Shown here in pieces: positions 18,886 through 29,005 of a stretch of 64,000 nucleotides of DNA (position 1 is its first letter; each line of letters starts with the position of its first letter). Position numbers and translations under genes: made by a program. The notes beneath the pieces were generated by a model. The model worked only from the letters and a program-made list of their open reading frames with translations. It was not told the origin of the DNA and did not search any database. The stretch is taken from positions 1,162 through 65,161 of the forward strand of contig JACPGS010000007.1 in NCBI GenBank assembly GCA_016189025.1, in the 5' to 3' direction. This stretch comes from Candidatus Magasanikiibacteriota bacterium. Its GTDB lineage: Bacteria > Patescibacteriota > Patescibacteriia > Magasanikbacterales > GWA2-37-8.

Positions 18886-20232
18886 CTACCACCAACGCCC
18901 CAGGCGTTCGCTGACAGTGCCAAAATTCAACAGCACATCAGCGGCGGTGAGCGCCAAAAGAGAAACGGCAACGCCCACCGCCGGCGCGCGGCGCCACCAA
19001 CCCGGGGTTTCGCGCGCCCAGACTACCAATAGTCCGGCACCCAAAGCCAACCATGGATAAAGCGGAAAGCGATAACGCGACTGCACAACGGTAAACAATA
19101 ACGGCAAGGGGGCAGTAAGAGCCAAAGCCAGCAGATATTTCAGGAGCGGCTGGGGTGATTGGCGCCAAAATAGTGCCAGCCCGGCACCGCCGCTTAAGAA
19201 TAAAATGGCGATGCTTAACGTCGAAAAGGCAACAAAAATAAGCTGACTTAAACCGTACTGATAAAACCAAAATCCCATCGGCCGGATCAAACTCCCGTAG
19301 CGAATTAGTCGCAGGGCAGTAAGTTTAAGGAAAACTAAAGGATGAGCGGTCAAAAACGACCAAAACTCGCGGCTGGCTTCGGCCGAGAGTCCGCCATAGC
19401 CATACTGCTCGCCGTAAACACGCACCGGATTTAGTCCACCGGAGAGTTGCCCGCCGTCCGCCGCCAAAGTATTGCCGATCCATAGATTAAAAGCGCCGAT
19501 CAGAGTAGTGGGGATAAACTCATGAAACACCAGGTAATTGCGCACGGTCCAGGGGACCAGGGGAATAATCAGGCCAAGAAAAAACGGAATCAACGCCCGA
19601 TAACGGCGGGTGGCAATAAACGCTGCTAAAAATACCGGTACGAACAGCACTACCGTAGGGCGGGTGAGAATCGCCAGGGCGCTGACGACGCCAAGGACAA
19701 GAGCTGAACTAAGCCGCGCCTGACTCCGCCACCACTCTACAAAAAGATACACTACCAGCACGGCCAAGAAAAGAAACAGCGTTTCGGTTAAAAGCATTGC
19801 CGAGATTTCAATTAAATCTGGATGCAGCCCAAACAGAGCGGCGGTGATAATCCCCACCAGTTTCCCCCGCTCGCCCCACACGCGCCGCGCGATTAGATAT
19901 AAGAGGAGAGCGGAAAACGCGTGCAGCAGGGATTGGACTACCCAAACCGGCTGGTAGCGATGGCCAAACAGAGCATAAACTGCAGCCAGCCAAAATTCAT
20001 ACCCCGGCCCGGCGCGGGTAATCGCTAAATCGCGGGTAAACCCCTGGCTGCGATCTTCCCGAAAGCCATCACCGCTGACCAGATTCCAGGCAATAGAATC
20101 ATAAGCTTTGGCGTCCACCGCCGGCGGAATGCGGAATCAAAATGAGTAGCCAAGCGATAACAAAAAAGACGCGGCAATAATTATTGCCAGCAGCCGATTA
20201 TTGTTAATTAAACGCCGCCAAGACTGAAACAT
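18886..20232 (-). pseudogene. GT-C (ArnT-like) membrane glycosyltransferase with in-frame TGA at codon 32
   Basis: ATG 20232 reads MFQSWRRLINNNRLLAIIIAASFLLSLGYSF*FRIPPAVDAKAY, in frame with ORF 18886-20118. Confidence 0.7.
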
Positions 20233-20234
20233 AG

Positions 20235-20422
20235 TAGATTGCAGCAGAATAGGAACAACTAATTAGCATCAGGGCGCGGCAGACGAGTATCTTTGGGCGC
20301 GCAGCCCCGCGTAAGCGGGGGGAGCACCCAAAGAGTGTCTGCCGCGACCAACCAGGCAATCCTAGCAATAGCGATAGCGACTAGGCGGATAACGATATAG
20401 TTGGTATCCTTCTCCAGTTTCA
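20235..20422 (+). mobile_element. MITE-like family A, copy 4 (degenerate TIRs)
   Basis: Full internal match to copies 1 and 2. Confidence 0.85.
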
Positions 20423-21415
20423 TTAAATCGCACGTAATGCTTTAACCCACTGCTCTTGATTATTGATCGGCAAAATTTGTACTGATTCCCCGGGCAGCAC
20501 CTCATAATTCGCCACGCCCACGTCATTCATAATCACGCGAGTACCCGCGGCCATCGCCTCCATTACGGCTAGACCATAACCTTCACTTAAACTGGGGAGC
20601 AGCAGGGCGTCAACTGTTTTAAGATAGCTCCACGGGTCAGCGGTCCACCCTTCCAGCTTGACATTATTCTCCAGCCGCAATTTTTTAATCAAACGGCGTA
20701 TCCGCGCTTCCGCGCGCCCGGCCCCGGCCAAAAGCAACAGCGCCCGCGGCCGCTCGCGTACCACGGCGGCGAATGTTTTAACCAGCCAAGGCACGTTCTT
20801 TACCGGATCTAAGCGCCCTAGCCACAAAAAAATAGGGCCAAACCCGGGATATTTTTCGCGCGCGGAAAATCGCGGTGCCCAAGCGCGAATCGCTGCCGTA
20901 TCCACCGCAATCGGCTGCACCGTAATTTTATCTGCCGCCACTCCCAAGGAGAGTACGCCGCGCTTTACCCGCTCCCCCACTGCCCGCACCCAAGTAGCGC
21001 GGCGCAAGACGAACTTGCCCAAGTGCCAGCGCAACTGCTCCCCTAGGCTGCCGTGGCGATAATAAGCCGACAGATAAAAATCGCCATGCGCCTGCACCGT
21101 AAGCGCGGCGCCGGTTTCGTATTTCAAAAACCAACCTATCAGCCCGGTTCCAAACGGATCCTGGGCGGTAATCGCGGGAATCTGCCGCTCCTGAATCAGC
21201 CGCTTGCCGCTGGCAAGAAGCCGAAAAAATTGCTGCGGTTTGTTGCCGCCGGTGGATTGCACGTGCACCGTGGGGCTTAAATCCAAGGCCGCCCGCTCCG
21301 GCGCGGGAATAATAATAAATAATTCATCCGTCTCTCCATATTGCCGCATCCGCCCGGCGGCGCGCGAGTGCGGATCCAAAATAGAGCGATCCAGGCTAAT
21401 CATTAGTTGACGCAT
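20423..21415 (-). CDS. Glycosyltransferase family 4
   Basis: LGRLDPVKN, SEGYGLAVMEAMAAG. Confidence 0.9.
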   Translation of the reverse strand: MRQLMISLDRSILDPHSRAAGRMRQYGETDELFIIIPAPERAALDLSPTVHVQSTGGNKPQQFFRLLASGKRLIQERQIPAITAQDPFGTGLIGWFLKYETGAALTVQAHGDFYLSAYYRHGSLGEQLRWHLGKFVLRRATWVRAVGERVKRGVLSLGVAADKITVQPIAVDTAAIRAWAPRFSAREKYPGFGPIFLWLGRLDPVKNVPWLVKTFAAVVRERPRALLLLAGAGRAEARIRRLIKKLRLENNVKLEGWTADPWSYLKTVDALLLPSLSEGYGLAVMEAMAAGTRVIMNDVGVANYEVLPGESVQILPINNQEQWVKALRAI

Positions 21416-21436
21416 AGTTTATCCACACAAATACAC

Positions 21437-21521
21437 TTGACAAATTTCTGCTTTCATTTATAATAATAATATTCCTACGAAAAAAACCCTTATGCGGTTC
21501 TGTCCGCATCGGGGGTTTTTT
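21437..21521 (+). ncRNA. Putative short antisense RNA (promoter plus terminator) overlapping the NYN gene 3' end
   Basis: TTGACA (21437)-16 bp-TATAAT (21459), then hairpin AAAAAACCC-TTATGCGG..CCGCAT-CGGGGGTTTTTT; DnaA-box-like TTATCCACA at 21419-21427. Confidence 0.5.
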
Positions 21522-22017
21522 CTTTTTGGGCCTGTAATACGGTTTTTTGATCGTTAATATAAGCAATGGCTACCCCTGTTCTTTTAAGCAAAATTGAGCA
21601 TCGCCGTGTTTCATAGGGCGAAAGTATAACCTGAATTTTTTGTTTTTCCCCTAAGAAAGCGACCAGGCTGGCATAATCGCCGTCGCTGGAAACCAAAATT
21701 GCCTTATTAAAGGTATTTTCATAGGCATCCCTCATTACTCGCACTACAAGATCCGCGTCGCAATTGCCTTTTATCTTGCCGTTGTCGTCGTAGGTTACTT
21801 CTTTAAAAACTAGGGTAAACCCTATTTCTTGCAGATAGGTATACAAATTTTTATATTTCGGAACCAACCCCAAAAATAAATAGGCCTGTTCTACCCTATA
21901 TTTTTCGCGAAGCCAAATGCGTAATCTGCCGTAGTCTAGCTGCCAACCCAGTTGCTTGGCGCCGTTGTGCAAATTCGCGCCGTCAATGTAGGCAAAATTT
22001 CTATCGGTTAATTTCAT
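21490..22017 (-). CDS. NYN domain (LabA/DUF88, PIN-like) protein
   Basis: AYIDGANL, KGNCDADL, LVSSDGDYASLV. Confidence 0.88.
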   Translation of the reverse strand: MKLTDRNFAYIDGANLHNGAKQLGWQLDYGRLRIWLREKYRVEQAYLFLGLVPKYKNLYTYLQEIGFTLVFKEVTYDDNGKIKGNCDADLVVRVMRDAYENTFNKAILVSSDGDYASLVAFLGEKQKIQVILSPYETRRCSILLKRTGVAIAYINDQKTVLQAQKEKTPDADRTA

Positions 22018-22039
22018 AATTAAAATCAAGCTGGCGTCA

Positions 22040-23212
22040 TCAACTGGCGCAAACCTGCTGCAGGGCCTGCCTAGTCAGGGCAATCATGTTATCACCTGAT
22101 AAACCCTTATTGGGTAATAATTGCTGTCTATTTTTAATAATTATCTCTCTTGTTTTGTTATCAGTAGTAAGCTTTAGTATTCCTGAAATCATTACCTCTT
22201 TTTCGTCCGGCTTAAAAAGCAAGCCGTCAGGGAATTGATAGCGACGTTGTAACAGTTCAACATGCGCGACAATGTTGCTCGCAAACACCGGACAACCCAC
22301 TAACCACGATTCTAATATCACATGCGGTAAACCTTCATAACGACTATTAAGAACCAGCAGACCGGATTTGGCCATTTCGCGCAACGCTTGATCATGCGAC
22401 AAAGGGCCGAGCATCTGTACGGCGGATTCTAATTGTAACTGTTGAATTAAAGATTGAATCCGTCCACGTTCTGGTCCATCTCCAATAATGACCAACTGAT
22501 AACTACTGTCCCGACGAAGTAGTTCTGGCATTATTTCTACCATGGTCATTACTCCTTTCCACGGCATGAGCCGACCAATAATAATTATCCTCTTTAGATT
22601 TTTTGGCGAGGAGGCTAATTCAGTTAGAAGTTCGGTCGGTAAAAATACCTCATTATATATAACCCGCACTCGCTCCGGATTAACCCCCCACCCGATCACC
22701 AATTCTTCCAGATATTCACTTGGTACAATGACCAAACTAGCATGTTTAGTGACCGCTATTTCTTTATTCCGTAAAGATCCAATTTTACCACGATACTGAC
22801 GTTTTTGGAAGTCGTCAATCCCCTCTTTTACTAGCCCCAGCACCTGCCCCTGCTCCCAGGCATAATCGCCCACCACCTTCACTGCCAGCTTTTTCTTTCT
22901 CGGACGTAGCAGGCAAGCCAACCGCGCTGGCCAGCCAGCGTTAACAGGCCCCATTGCATACACAATATCTGTCCGCCAAATGAGTACCCACAAGAGCAAA
23001 AAGTATTCACCATAGCGAAACAGCATATTTTTAAAATGAACCCGATATAGTTTAACTTTCGGATCAAGCACGCCCTTATCTGATTGCTTATTCAAGGATA
23101 CAATTTTTACCTTTATTCCTTGCTTTACCAATTCATTCGCCAGCGTAACGCAGTACGTCGCCGGCCCACCGGATTCGGGCGGAAAAATATCAGCGGCAAT
23201 AAGTAACCTCAT
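22040..23212 (-). CDS. Glycosyltransferase family 4
   Basis: DIFPPESGGPATY, GRLMPWKG, YEGLPHVILES. Confidence 0.9.
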   Translation of the reverse strand: MRLLIAADIFPPESGGPATYCVTLANELVKQGIKVKIVSLNKQSDKGVLDPKVKLYRVHFKNMLFRYGEYFLLLWVLIWRTDIVYAMGPVNAGWPARLACLLRPRKKKLAVKVVGDYAWEQGQVLGLVKEGIDDFQKRQYRGKIGSLRNKEIAVTKHASLVIVPSEYLEELVIGWGVNPERVRVIYNEVFLPTELLTELASSPKNLKRIIIIGRLMPWKGVMTMVEIMPELLRRDSSYQLVIIGDGPERGRIQSLIQQLQLESAVQMLGPLSHDQALREMAKSGLLVLNSRYEGLPHVILESWLVGCPVFASNIVAHVELLQRRYQFPDGLLFKPDEKEVMISGILKLTTDNKTREIIIKNRQQLLPNKGLSGDNMIALTRQALQQVCAS

Positions 23213-23220
23213 ATAATAGA

Positions 23221-23922
23221 TCAATCATCTATGCTCTTCCAAAATAGCTTGTCCAGCACCACTCCGGTGTTAGCATCAATATATAACTCTTCGCCGTTAG
23301 CCTCATCGCGAGAATCCGATAAGATATTGGAAACCCCCCAGATATAAGTATTATATCGAACATGCCAATTAAACCACGCCTCCCGCCCTTTAATTCCCCC
23401 GCTCAATCCAGCGGCTTCGGCAATGGCGAGCGCCTGCTGTTTGTCAATGGGAAATTTGCACTCTCTAGGTTCCCTCACACAATCCGGCAAACCAAATACG
23501 TCGCGTTCAACAATCAATTGTCCGCTACTATCGAGCGCAAATTCAATAAGCTGATCTTTGACAAAAGGTCGGTCGGGAATAGTAAAAGAATAAACCATTA
23601 AATAATAGGGCTTTTGTAAAAACTGCAAACAAAAAGAGGGATTTTTGATACAGTGTTCATTCGCCGGATAAAGCCTGCTTTTCTGCGTACTAAAAGTGAC
23701 GTACTGGCGAAAAAATTTTTCATCAATTTTGGAAATAATAAAACGATCGGCTTTCGCTATAATAGCTGCCGGCATTGGTTCATGCTTCTCTTCGCGGAAG
23801 CTCCTAGTACTGAATAATGGTGGGCGTAAAATATCGTACCAATACAAACCGAATACGAACCCAATAACCAAAACAATAAATAGTACCACTGCCCTTAACA
23901 ATAACTTAATGCGCAGAGTCAT
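23221..23922 (-). CDS. Membrane-anchored exported hypothetical protein (PepSY-like C-terminus)
   Basis: N-terminal TM; QQALAIA...LYIDANTGVVL. Confidence 0.65.
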   Translation of the reverse strand: MTLRIKLLLRAVVLFIVLVIGFVFGLYWYDILRPPLFSTRSFREEKHEPMPAAIIAKADRFIISKIDEKFFRQYVTFSTQKSRLYPANEHCIKNPSFCLQFLQKPYYLMVYSFTIPDRPFVKDQLIEFALDSSGQLIVERDVFGLPDCVREPRECKFPIDKQQALAIAEAAGLSGGIKGREAWFNWHVRYNTYIWGVSNILSDSRDEANGEELYIDANTGVVLDKLFWKSIDD

Positions 23923-25106
23923 AATTGGGAAAAAATTACTTGCATATCTCTGGCGATGCCTTGCCAGATATACTTCTCGGCGATGAGCTTTCGACTATTC
24001 TCCCGCAACCGCTCGGCTAATAATTTATCGTCGAAAATCTTTTTAATCTTCTCCGCAATGTCTTTAGGGTCGCCGACTTGGCAGAATAAACCGGTCTCTC
24101 CGTCTTGCAAAAAATCCGGAATACCGCCGACTGGCGTCGCCACCACCGGCAGACCAGCGGCCATTGCTTCCAAAAAAGCGCTGCCCAGGCCCTCGGAACG
24201 GCTGGGCCGACAGAATACATCGCTGTCCCACAAATACTTAGGCAATTCATCGTGCGATAAACTTCCTAAAAAATGCACTCGCTCGGCTAAATGCAATTGC
24301 TTGGCCAAACTCTTCAATTTGCCTTCTAGGGGACCGCTGCCAGCGATCAATAAATGAACGGATGGCGGTAAAAACTGCATGGCTTTTATGAGATCGGCTA
24401 CCCCATTCTTTTTTACCAAACGCGAGGCGGTAATTACTAAAGAAACATCATTCCGAGCAAAGGGAGCGCTAGCGACCGTAGTCGAGGAATCTCTTAATTT
24501 AGCGAGAAGGATTCCTCCACTCCCCCGACTTAGTCGGGGTCGGTCGGAATGACAGTTGAACCGCTCAATATCTACACCGTTGGGAACCACCTCCACCGGA
24601 CATTTCGCGCCGAGTTGGCGCGCCCAGGCCGCCAAATAATTGCTAATCGCCTGAATCCGATCGGCCCGCTGAAAAATTTGTTTGAAATACGGCCAGCACC
24701 ACCAGACATGTTTATAAATCTGCCACCGACTATCGCCCTCTTGCAGGGTCAGCAAAAAGGGAACGGCCGGATTTCTTTTTTTATAACGCAAAGCAGCGAA
24801 TCCCCCGTAGCTTGCCATAATCGCCCACACCAAATCAAACCGGCCTAACTTCCTGGCTTCCTGCCAACCAACTTTAACGAGCCGGTACTTATCCCAGTGA
24901 TTGTCCTCTCCGATGCGGTGCACCTCAATATTTCCGATACGTTCAATCTCCGGCAATTTTGCATCTAACCGCGCGGTGAGCATCACAAACTCAAACTCGC
25001 CGCCGAGTCGATCGGTAATTTCTTTTACGGCAAACTCGGCGCCGCCCACCAGTGGCAAATAGGCAGTGGAAAAAATCAGAACCCTTTTAGCGGGCAAAGG
25101 CGACAT
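23919..25106 (-). CDS. Glycosyltransferase family 4 with in-frame palindromic insertion
   Basis: YLPLVGGAE, ASRLVKKNG, SEGLGSAFLEAMAAG. Confidence 0.9.
   Translation of the reverse strand: MSPLPAKRVLIFSTAYLPLVGGAEFAVKEITDRLGGEFEFVMLTARLDAKLPEIERIGNIEVHRIGEDNHWDKYRLVKVGWQEARKLGRFDLVWAIMASYGGFAALRYKKRNPAVPFLLTLQEGDSRWQIYKHVWWCWPYFKQIFQRADRIQAISNYLAAWARQLGAKCPVEVVPNGVDIERFNCHSDRPRLSRGSGGILLAKLRDSSTTVASAPFARNDVSLVITASRLVKKNGVADLIKAMQFLPPSVHLLIAGSGPLEGKLKSLAKQLHLAERVHFLGSLSHDELPKYLWDSDVFCRPSRSEGLGSAFLEAMAAGLPVVATPVGGIPDFLQDGETGLFCQVGDPKDIAEKIKKIFDDKLLAERLRENSRKLIAEKYIWQGIARDMQVIFSQL
24446..24554. repeat. Palindromic element (TCATTCCGA...TCGGAATGACA) inside a CDS
   Basis: Outer IR 24448-24456 / 24544-24552, inner GAGGAATCT/GGATTCCTC, contains hairpin CCCCGACTTAGTCGGGG. 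Confidence 0.75.
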
Positions 25107-25108
25107 AG

Positions 25109-26800
25109 TTACCACGCGACCGCGCCGGAAGAATCGGCCGTAACGCGATAAACCTTAAACGCCACCTGGCCGTCGGAGCGGCTGATTAACGCCGGCTGAA
25201 AACCAGCGGCCACCAGACGCTGTTCGGTCTGGTCCGCGGCAGGAGTGCGAAATTTTGGCAAATCCAGCGGCGCGTACTCGGTGGCTTTAATAAAATAAAA
25301 CGCTTCCAGATTAAGCTGCGACAATAACTCTGCTTCATTCAAAGAAAACGCCGGGAAATTATTATAAAATCGCCGGCGCTCAAACAGCCAGACGCGCGAG
25401 AACCAGTTAATGTTCCCGTCAAACAAAATAACACGGCTATGGGCAGCGCGCTCCTGCCGCTCGGCGGCGCTGGCTACCAATAAATAACGCCGGAGACTGT
25501 TCTTTTTGATTTTTAAGCTCTGTTGGGGATCAAAATAGGTTAAACTTCGGTCCATCACAGCAATCTGATCTAAATACCGATCCAACTGCGCTACTCCAAA
25601 GTTAATTGGCTGCTCCGATTCTCGCCACCAACCCGGGGCGCCAAACCCTTTGGGCAATAAGTTAGAATTGGCTACAAATACCATCAAATAGACCGACAAA
25701 ATTGCTACTCCTCCTAACCACCAAGAGCGGCGCCACTTCTTTTGGCAATACTGCCGCCCTAAATCAATTAAAAACACTGCAACTACCGGCGCTAAAAATA
25801 TGCCGTATAAATTGCGTGCGCCAATCAAAGTGTCTTCAATCACCAGCCAAACCACTGCTAAACCGGTCAGCAGCAATCCCGGCCGGCGCCGCGCCAGCGT
25901 AAAACTAGCGGCCAATAAAACCAATAAGGCATAGGGAAACGACAAACCATAAATTGCCGCCCGGCCGTTTACCAATATACCCTCCCACCACTCGGGGGCA
26001 ATACCCCCCAGTTTCCAAGGGCTGGACTGCCCCAACAGACGCACCAACTGTAAGCTGAAATGGCCGGTCGCCTGATACATCATCAAATTGTAAATTATTA
26101 CTGGCGCCAACAACAGCAGCGCTAACCCTGCCGCATAATAAAGCTGGCGCCGACGAAAAAGCTCGCGCCGTCTTAACGCTAAATAAACAAAAAAGGCGGG
26201 AATAATAAAAAGAGCGGTAAACTTAGTTTCCAACATTAATCCGACCGCCAGGCCTAATTTCCACCATTCCCGCGCCGGATTATCCAAAAAACGTAAGAAA
26301 TAATACCAGGCCAGAGAGATAAAAAATAACACACCGGCCTCTAAAAAAGTGGTTCTCCCCTGCCAGATAAAATGGGAATTGAGGGCCAACAATAAAGCGG
26401 CGAGGAGCGCGGTGGGGCGATCAAAACAGCGCTTGACCCAGGCATAAGTAAGGACAATCGTCCCCAGTGACATTAACCCAAAGGGTAATTTGGCGAGCCA
26501 CAAGCTAGGGTGCCAGCGCAAAAAAGCATGCTGAATTAAAAACAAAAGCAGCGGGTGATCGTGCCAGGATAAATTAGCCCACCAGGGGAAGCGACTAAAC
26601 CACTGCAGCGGCGTGGACTGCGACTCGTCGTCGCCGAACATGTGATCAACTAATCCGATAGAGCGCGTGCTGTAAATGGCGTCGTCGCCGATCATATCTA
26701 CGGTCGTAATCCGGAATAACAAAAAAAACGCGGCTAGCGCCAAAATGAGGAGCAACCGCTTGTCGTACCGTTCGATCATTCTGGTTAGGGGGCTAATCAC
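25109..26800 (-). CDS. GT-C fold glycosyltransferase (ArnT/PMT-like)
   Basis: GDDAIY, DHPLL, ETKFT motifs and many TM segments. Confidence 0.78.
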   Translation of the reverse strand: MISPLTRMIERYDKRLLLILALAAFFLLFRITTVDMIGDDAIYSTRSIGLVDHMFGDDESQSTPLQWFSRFPWWANLSWHDHPLLLFLIQHAFLRWHPSLWLAKLPFGLMSLGTIVLTYAWVKRCFDRPTALLAALLLALNSHFIWQGRTTFLEAGVLFFISLAWYYFLRFLDNPAREWWKLGLAVGLMLETKFTALFIIPAFFVYLALRRRELFRRRQLYYAAGLALLLLAPVIIYNLMMYQATGHFSLQLVRLLGQSSPWKLGGIAPEWWEGILVNGRAAIYGLSFPYALLVLLAASFTLARRRPGLLLTGLAVVWLVIEDTLIGARNLYGIFLAPVVAVFLIDLGRQYCQKKWRRSWWLGGVAILSVYLMVFVANSNLLPKGFGAPGWWRESEQPINFGVAQLDRYLDQIAVMDRSLTYFDPQQSLKIKKNSLRRYLLVASAAERQERAAHSRVILFDGNINWFSRVWLFERRRFYNNFPAFSLNEAELLSQLNLEAFYFIKATEYAPLDLPKFRTPAADQTEQRLVAAGFQPALISRSDGQVAFKVYRVTADSSGAVAW

Positions 26801-26811
26801 AGACTAAAAAA

Positions 26812-27753
26812 TCACTTACCTAAACGTTGACGGAAGTCGGCAATGGTTTTCTGCAAACCCTTCTCTAACCCGACGGTCGGCTGCCAACCGAGCAGGGTTT
26901 TTGCTTTAGTGATGTCGGGGCAGCGGCGGCGGGGGTCGTCCTGGGGTAAGGGCAAGTAAGTAATAATACTAGAGGAACCAGTGAGAGCAATAATTTTTTG
27001 GGCGAGTTCGGTAACGGTTTTCTCTTCCGGGTTACCTACATTAATCGGGCCGGTAATCTCCGGCGGGGAATTCATCATTTTAATTAGTCCCGCCACCATA
27101 TCTTCCACATAACAAAAACTCCGCGTTTGCGAACCGCTGCCGTAAATAGTAATCGGCTTGTCCTGTAAGCCCTGGAAAATAAAATTAGAAATCACCCGGC
27201 CATCATTAAAGGCCATCCGCGGGCCATAAGTATTGAAAATCCGCACGATCTTTATTCCGGTGCCGTGCGTCCGATGATAATCAAAACAAATGCTTTCGGC
27301 ATAACGCTTGCCCTCGTCATAACACGCGCGCGGGCCAAAAGGATTAACATTGCCGTGATATTCCTCGGTTTGCGGATGCACTTCCGGATCGCCATACACT
27401 TCGGAGGTAGAGGCCTGCAAAAAGCGCGCCTGATGCCGGCGGGCGATTCCCAACATATTCATTACCCCGATGGTACTAGTCTTGATAGTATGAACCGGAT
27501 TAAGTTGATAATGAGGGGGAGAGGCGGGACAAGCCAGGTTATAAATCTGGTCTACGGATTTATCAAGATAGAGCGGTTCTACAATATCGTGCTTAATAAA
27601 AATAAACTTCGGGTTGGCCATTAACGAAACGATATTTTGTTCAGCGCCGGTAAACAAATTGTCAACGCAAACAACTTCATCGCCGTGGACGATGAGCTGA
27701 TCGCAAAGATGAGACCCGATAAATCCGGCGCCGCCGGTTACTAAAATCCGCAT
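26812..27753 (-). CDS. UDP-glucuronate decarboxylase (UDP-xylose synthase)-like SDR
   Basis: [41 protein letters not shown]. Confidence 0.92.
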   Translation of the reverse strand: MRILVTGGAGFIGSHLCDQLIVHGDEVVCVDNLFTGAEQNIVSLMANPKFIFIKHDIVEPLYLDKSVDQIYNLACPASPPHYQLNPVHTIKTSTIGVMNMLGIARRHQARFLQASTSEVYGDPEVHPQTEEYHGNVNPFGPRACYDEGKRYAESICFDYHRTHGTGIKIVRIFNTYGPRMAFNDGRVISNFIFQGLQDKPITIYGSGSQTRSFCYVEDMVAGLIKMMNSPPEITGPINVGNPEEKTVTELAQKIIALTGSSSIITYLPLPQDDPRRRCPDITKAKTLLGWQPTVGLEKGLQKTIADFRQRLGK

Positions 27754-27814
27754 AGTTGCTTAAAAACAATAGCTATAGTATGCTATACCAAGCCAAAAAT
27801 GTCAACGCCAGATT

Positions 27815-29005
27815 ATGCCTAAGAAAAAAATTTTATACGTCATCACCCAAGGGCAGTGGGGCGGCGCGCAGCGGTATGTATATGATCTGGCCAGTTACCT
27901 CGCGCTGGAATTTGATATTACCGTGGCGGTAGGTGAACCGGACGGCCAAAAAGATTTACCGGCGAAATTGCCGACGGCGAACATTAAACTGGTCCAGCTG
28001 AAACATTTGGTAAGGCGCATTTCGCCGTACCACGACCTGCTGGCAGTAAGGGAGTTGGCACAGCTGTTCCGATTGCTACGGCCTGACATTATCCACCTCA
28101 ACAGCTCCAAAGCCGGCATTATCGGCTCACTGGCTAAATCACTGGCAGGAAGGAGCTTGCCGCGCACTACTCAATTCATCTACACTGTCCACGGCTGGGT
28201 GTTCAACGAACCGCTGGGAAGAGCGCGCCAATGGCTCTACTGGTGGCTGGAAAAATACACTGCCCCGGCCAAGAATCATTTTATTGTGCTCTCTGGCCGG
28301 GAAGCGCAGCAGGCCAAACAGGAATTAAACATTTCCCCGGCAAAAATTTCCGTTATTCCGATCGGGATTGCTGTTCCCGATTCTCCCTTAAGCCGCGCCA
28401 CCGCGCGCCAGGCAATAAATAAACTATGGCGCTTCCCGCTGGAATCCGGTGCGGAGGAGCGGACTTGGCTAATCGCCGTCATCGCCAATCTTTACCCGGC
28501 CAAAGGATTGCGCTATTTGCTGGCAGCGCTGGGTAGGATACAAAACAAAATCCAGCCCTGGCGGCTGGTAATTTTTGGCGAGGGGCCGGAGCGCGTCCCG
28601 CTCTCGGTGCTGGTTCAGCAATATAATCTGACTAACCAGGTGCTGCTCCCCGGGGCTGTTCCCGACGCGGCCCGGCTCCTCCCGGGCGCCGACGTTTTTG
28701 TGCTCCCCTCGCTGAAAGAAGGCCTGCCTTATACTATTTTAGAAGCACAGGCCGCGGGCGTGCCGATTATTAGCTCGGCGGTAGGCGGCATTCCGGAAGT
28801 CATTACTGACCGCCAAACCGGCCTCCTGGTTGCCCCGGGCGACCCCCGTGCGCTCTCTGAGGCTCTCCAGTTTGCTCATGATCATCCAGAGGAAATGCGC
28901 TGCTATGCTGCTGCCACGGCAACGCCCAAAGAACCCTACCGTCTAGAAGCGATGGTAAAAGCTACCGCGGCGCTGTACCGGTTGCCCCGGCCGCCGCGCG
29001 GATGA
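27815..29005 (+). CDS. Glycosyltransferase family 4
   Basis: GGAQRYV, HLNSSKAG, KEGLPYTILEA. Confidence 0.92.
   Translation: MPKKKILYVITQGQWGGAQRYVYDLASYLALEFDITVAVGEPDGQKDLPAKLPTANIKLVQLKHLVRRISPYHDLLAVRELAQLFRLLRPDIIHLNSSKAGIIGSLAKSLAGRSLPRTTQFIYTVHGWVFNEPLGRARQWLYWWLEKYTAPAKNHFIVLSGREAQQAKQELNISPAKISVIPIGIAVPDSPLSRATARQAINKLWRFPLESGAEERTWLIAVIANLYPAKGLRYLLAALGRIQNKIQPWRLVIFGEGPERVPLSVLVQQYNLTNQVLLPGAVPDAARLLPGADVFVLPSLKEGLPYTILEAQAAGVPIISSAVGGIPEVITDRQTGLLVAPGDPRALSEALQFAHDHPEEMRCYAAATATPKEPYRLEAMVKATAALYRLPRPPRG

Noticed and set aside
20137-20139. Alternative genetic code (TGA as Gly or Trp)
   Set aside because: Other genes terminate at TGA at sensible positions and long ORFs are intact under code 11.
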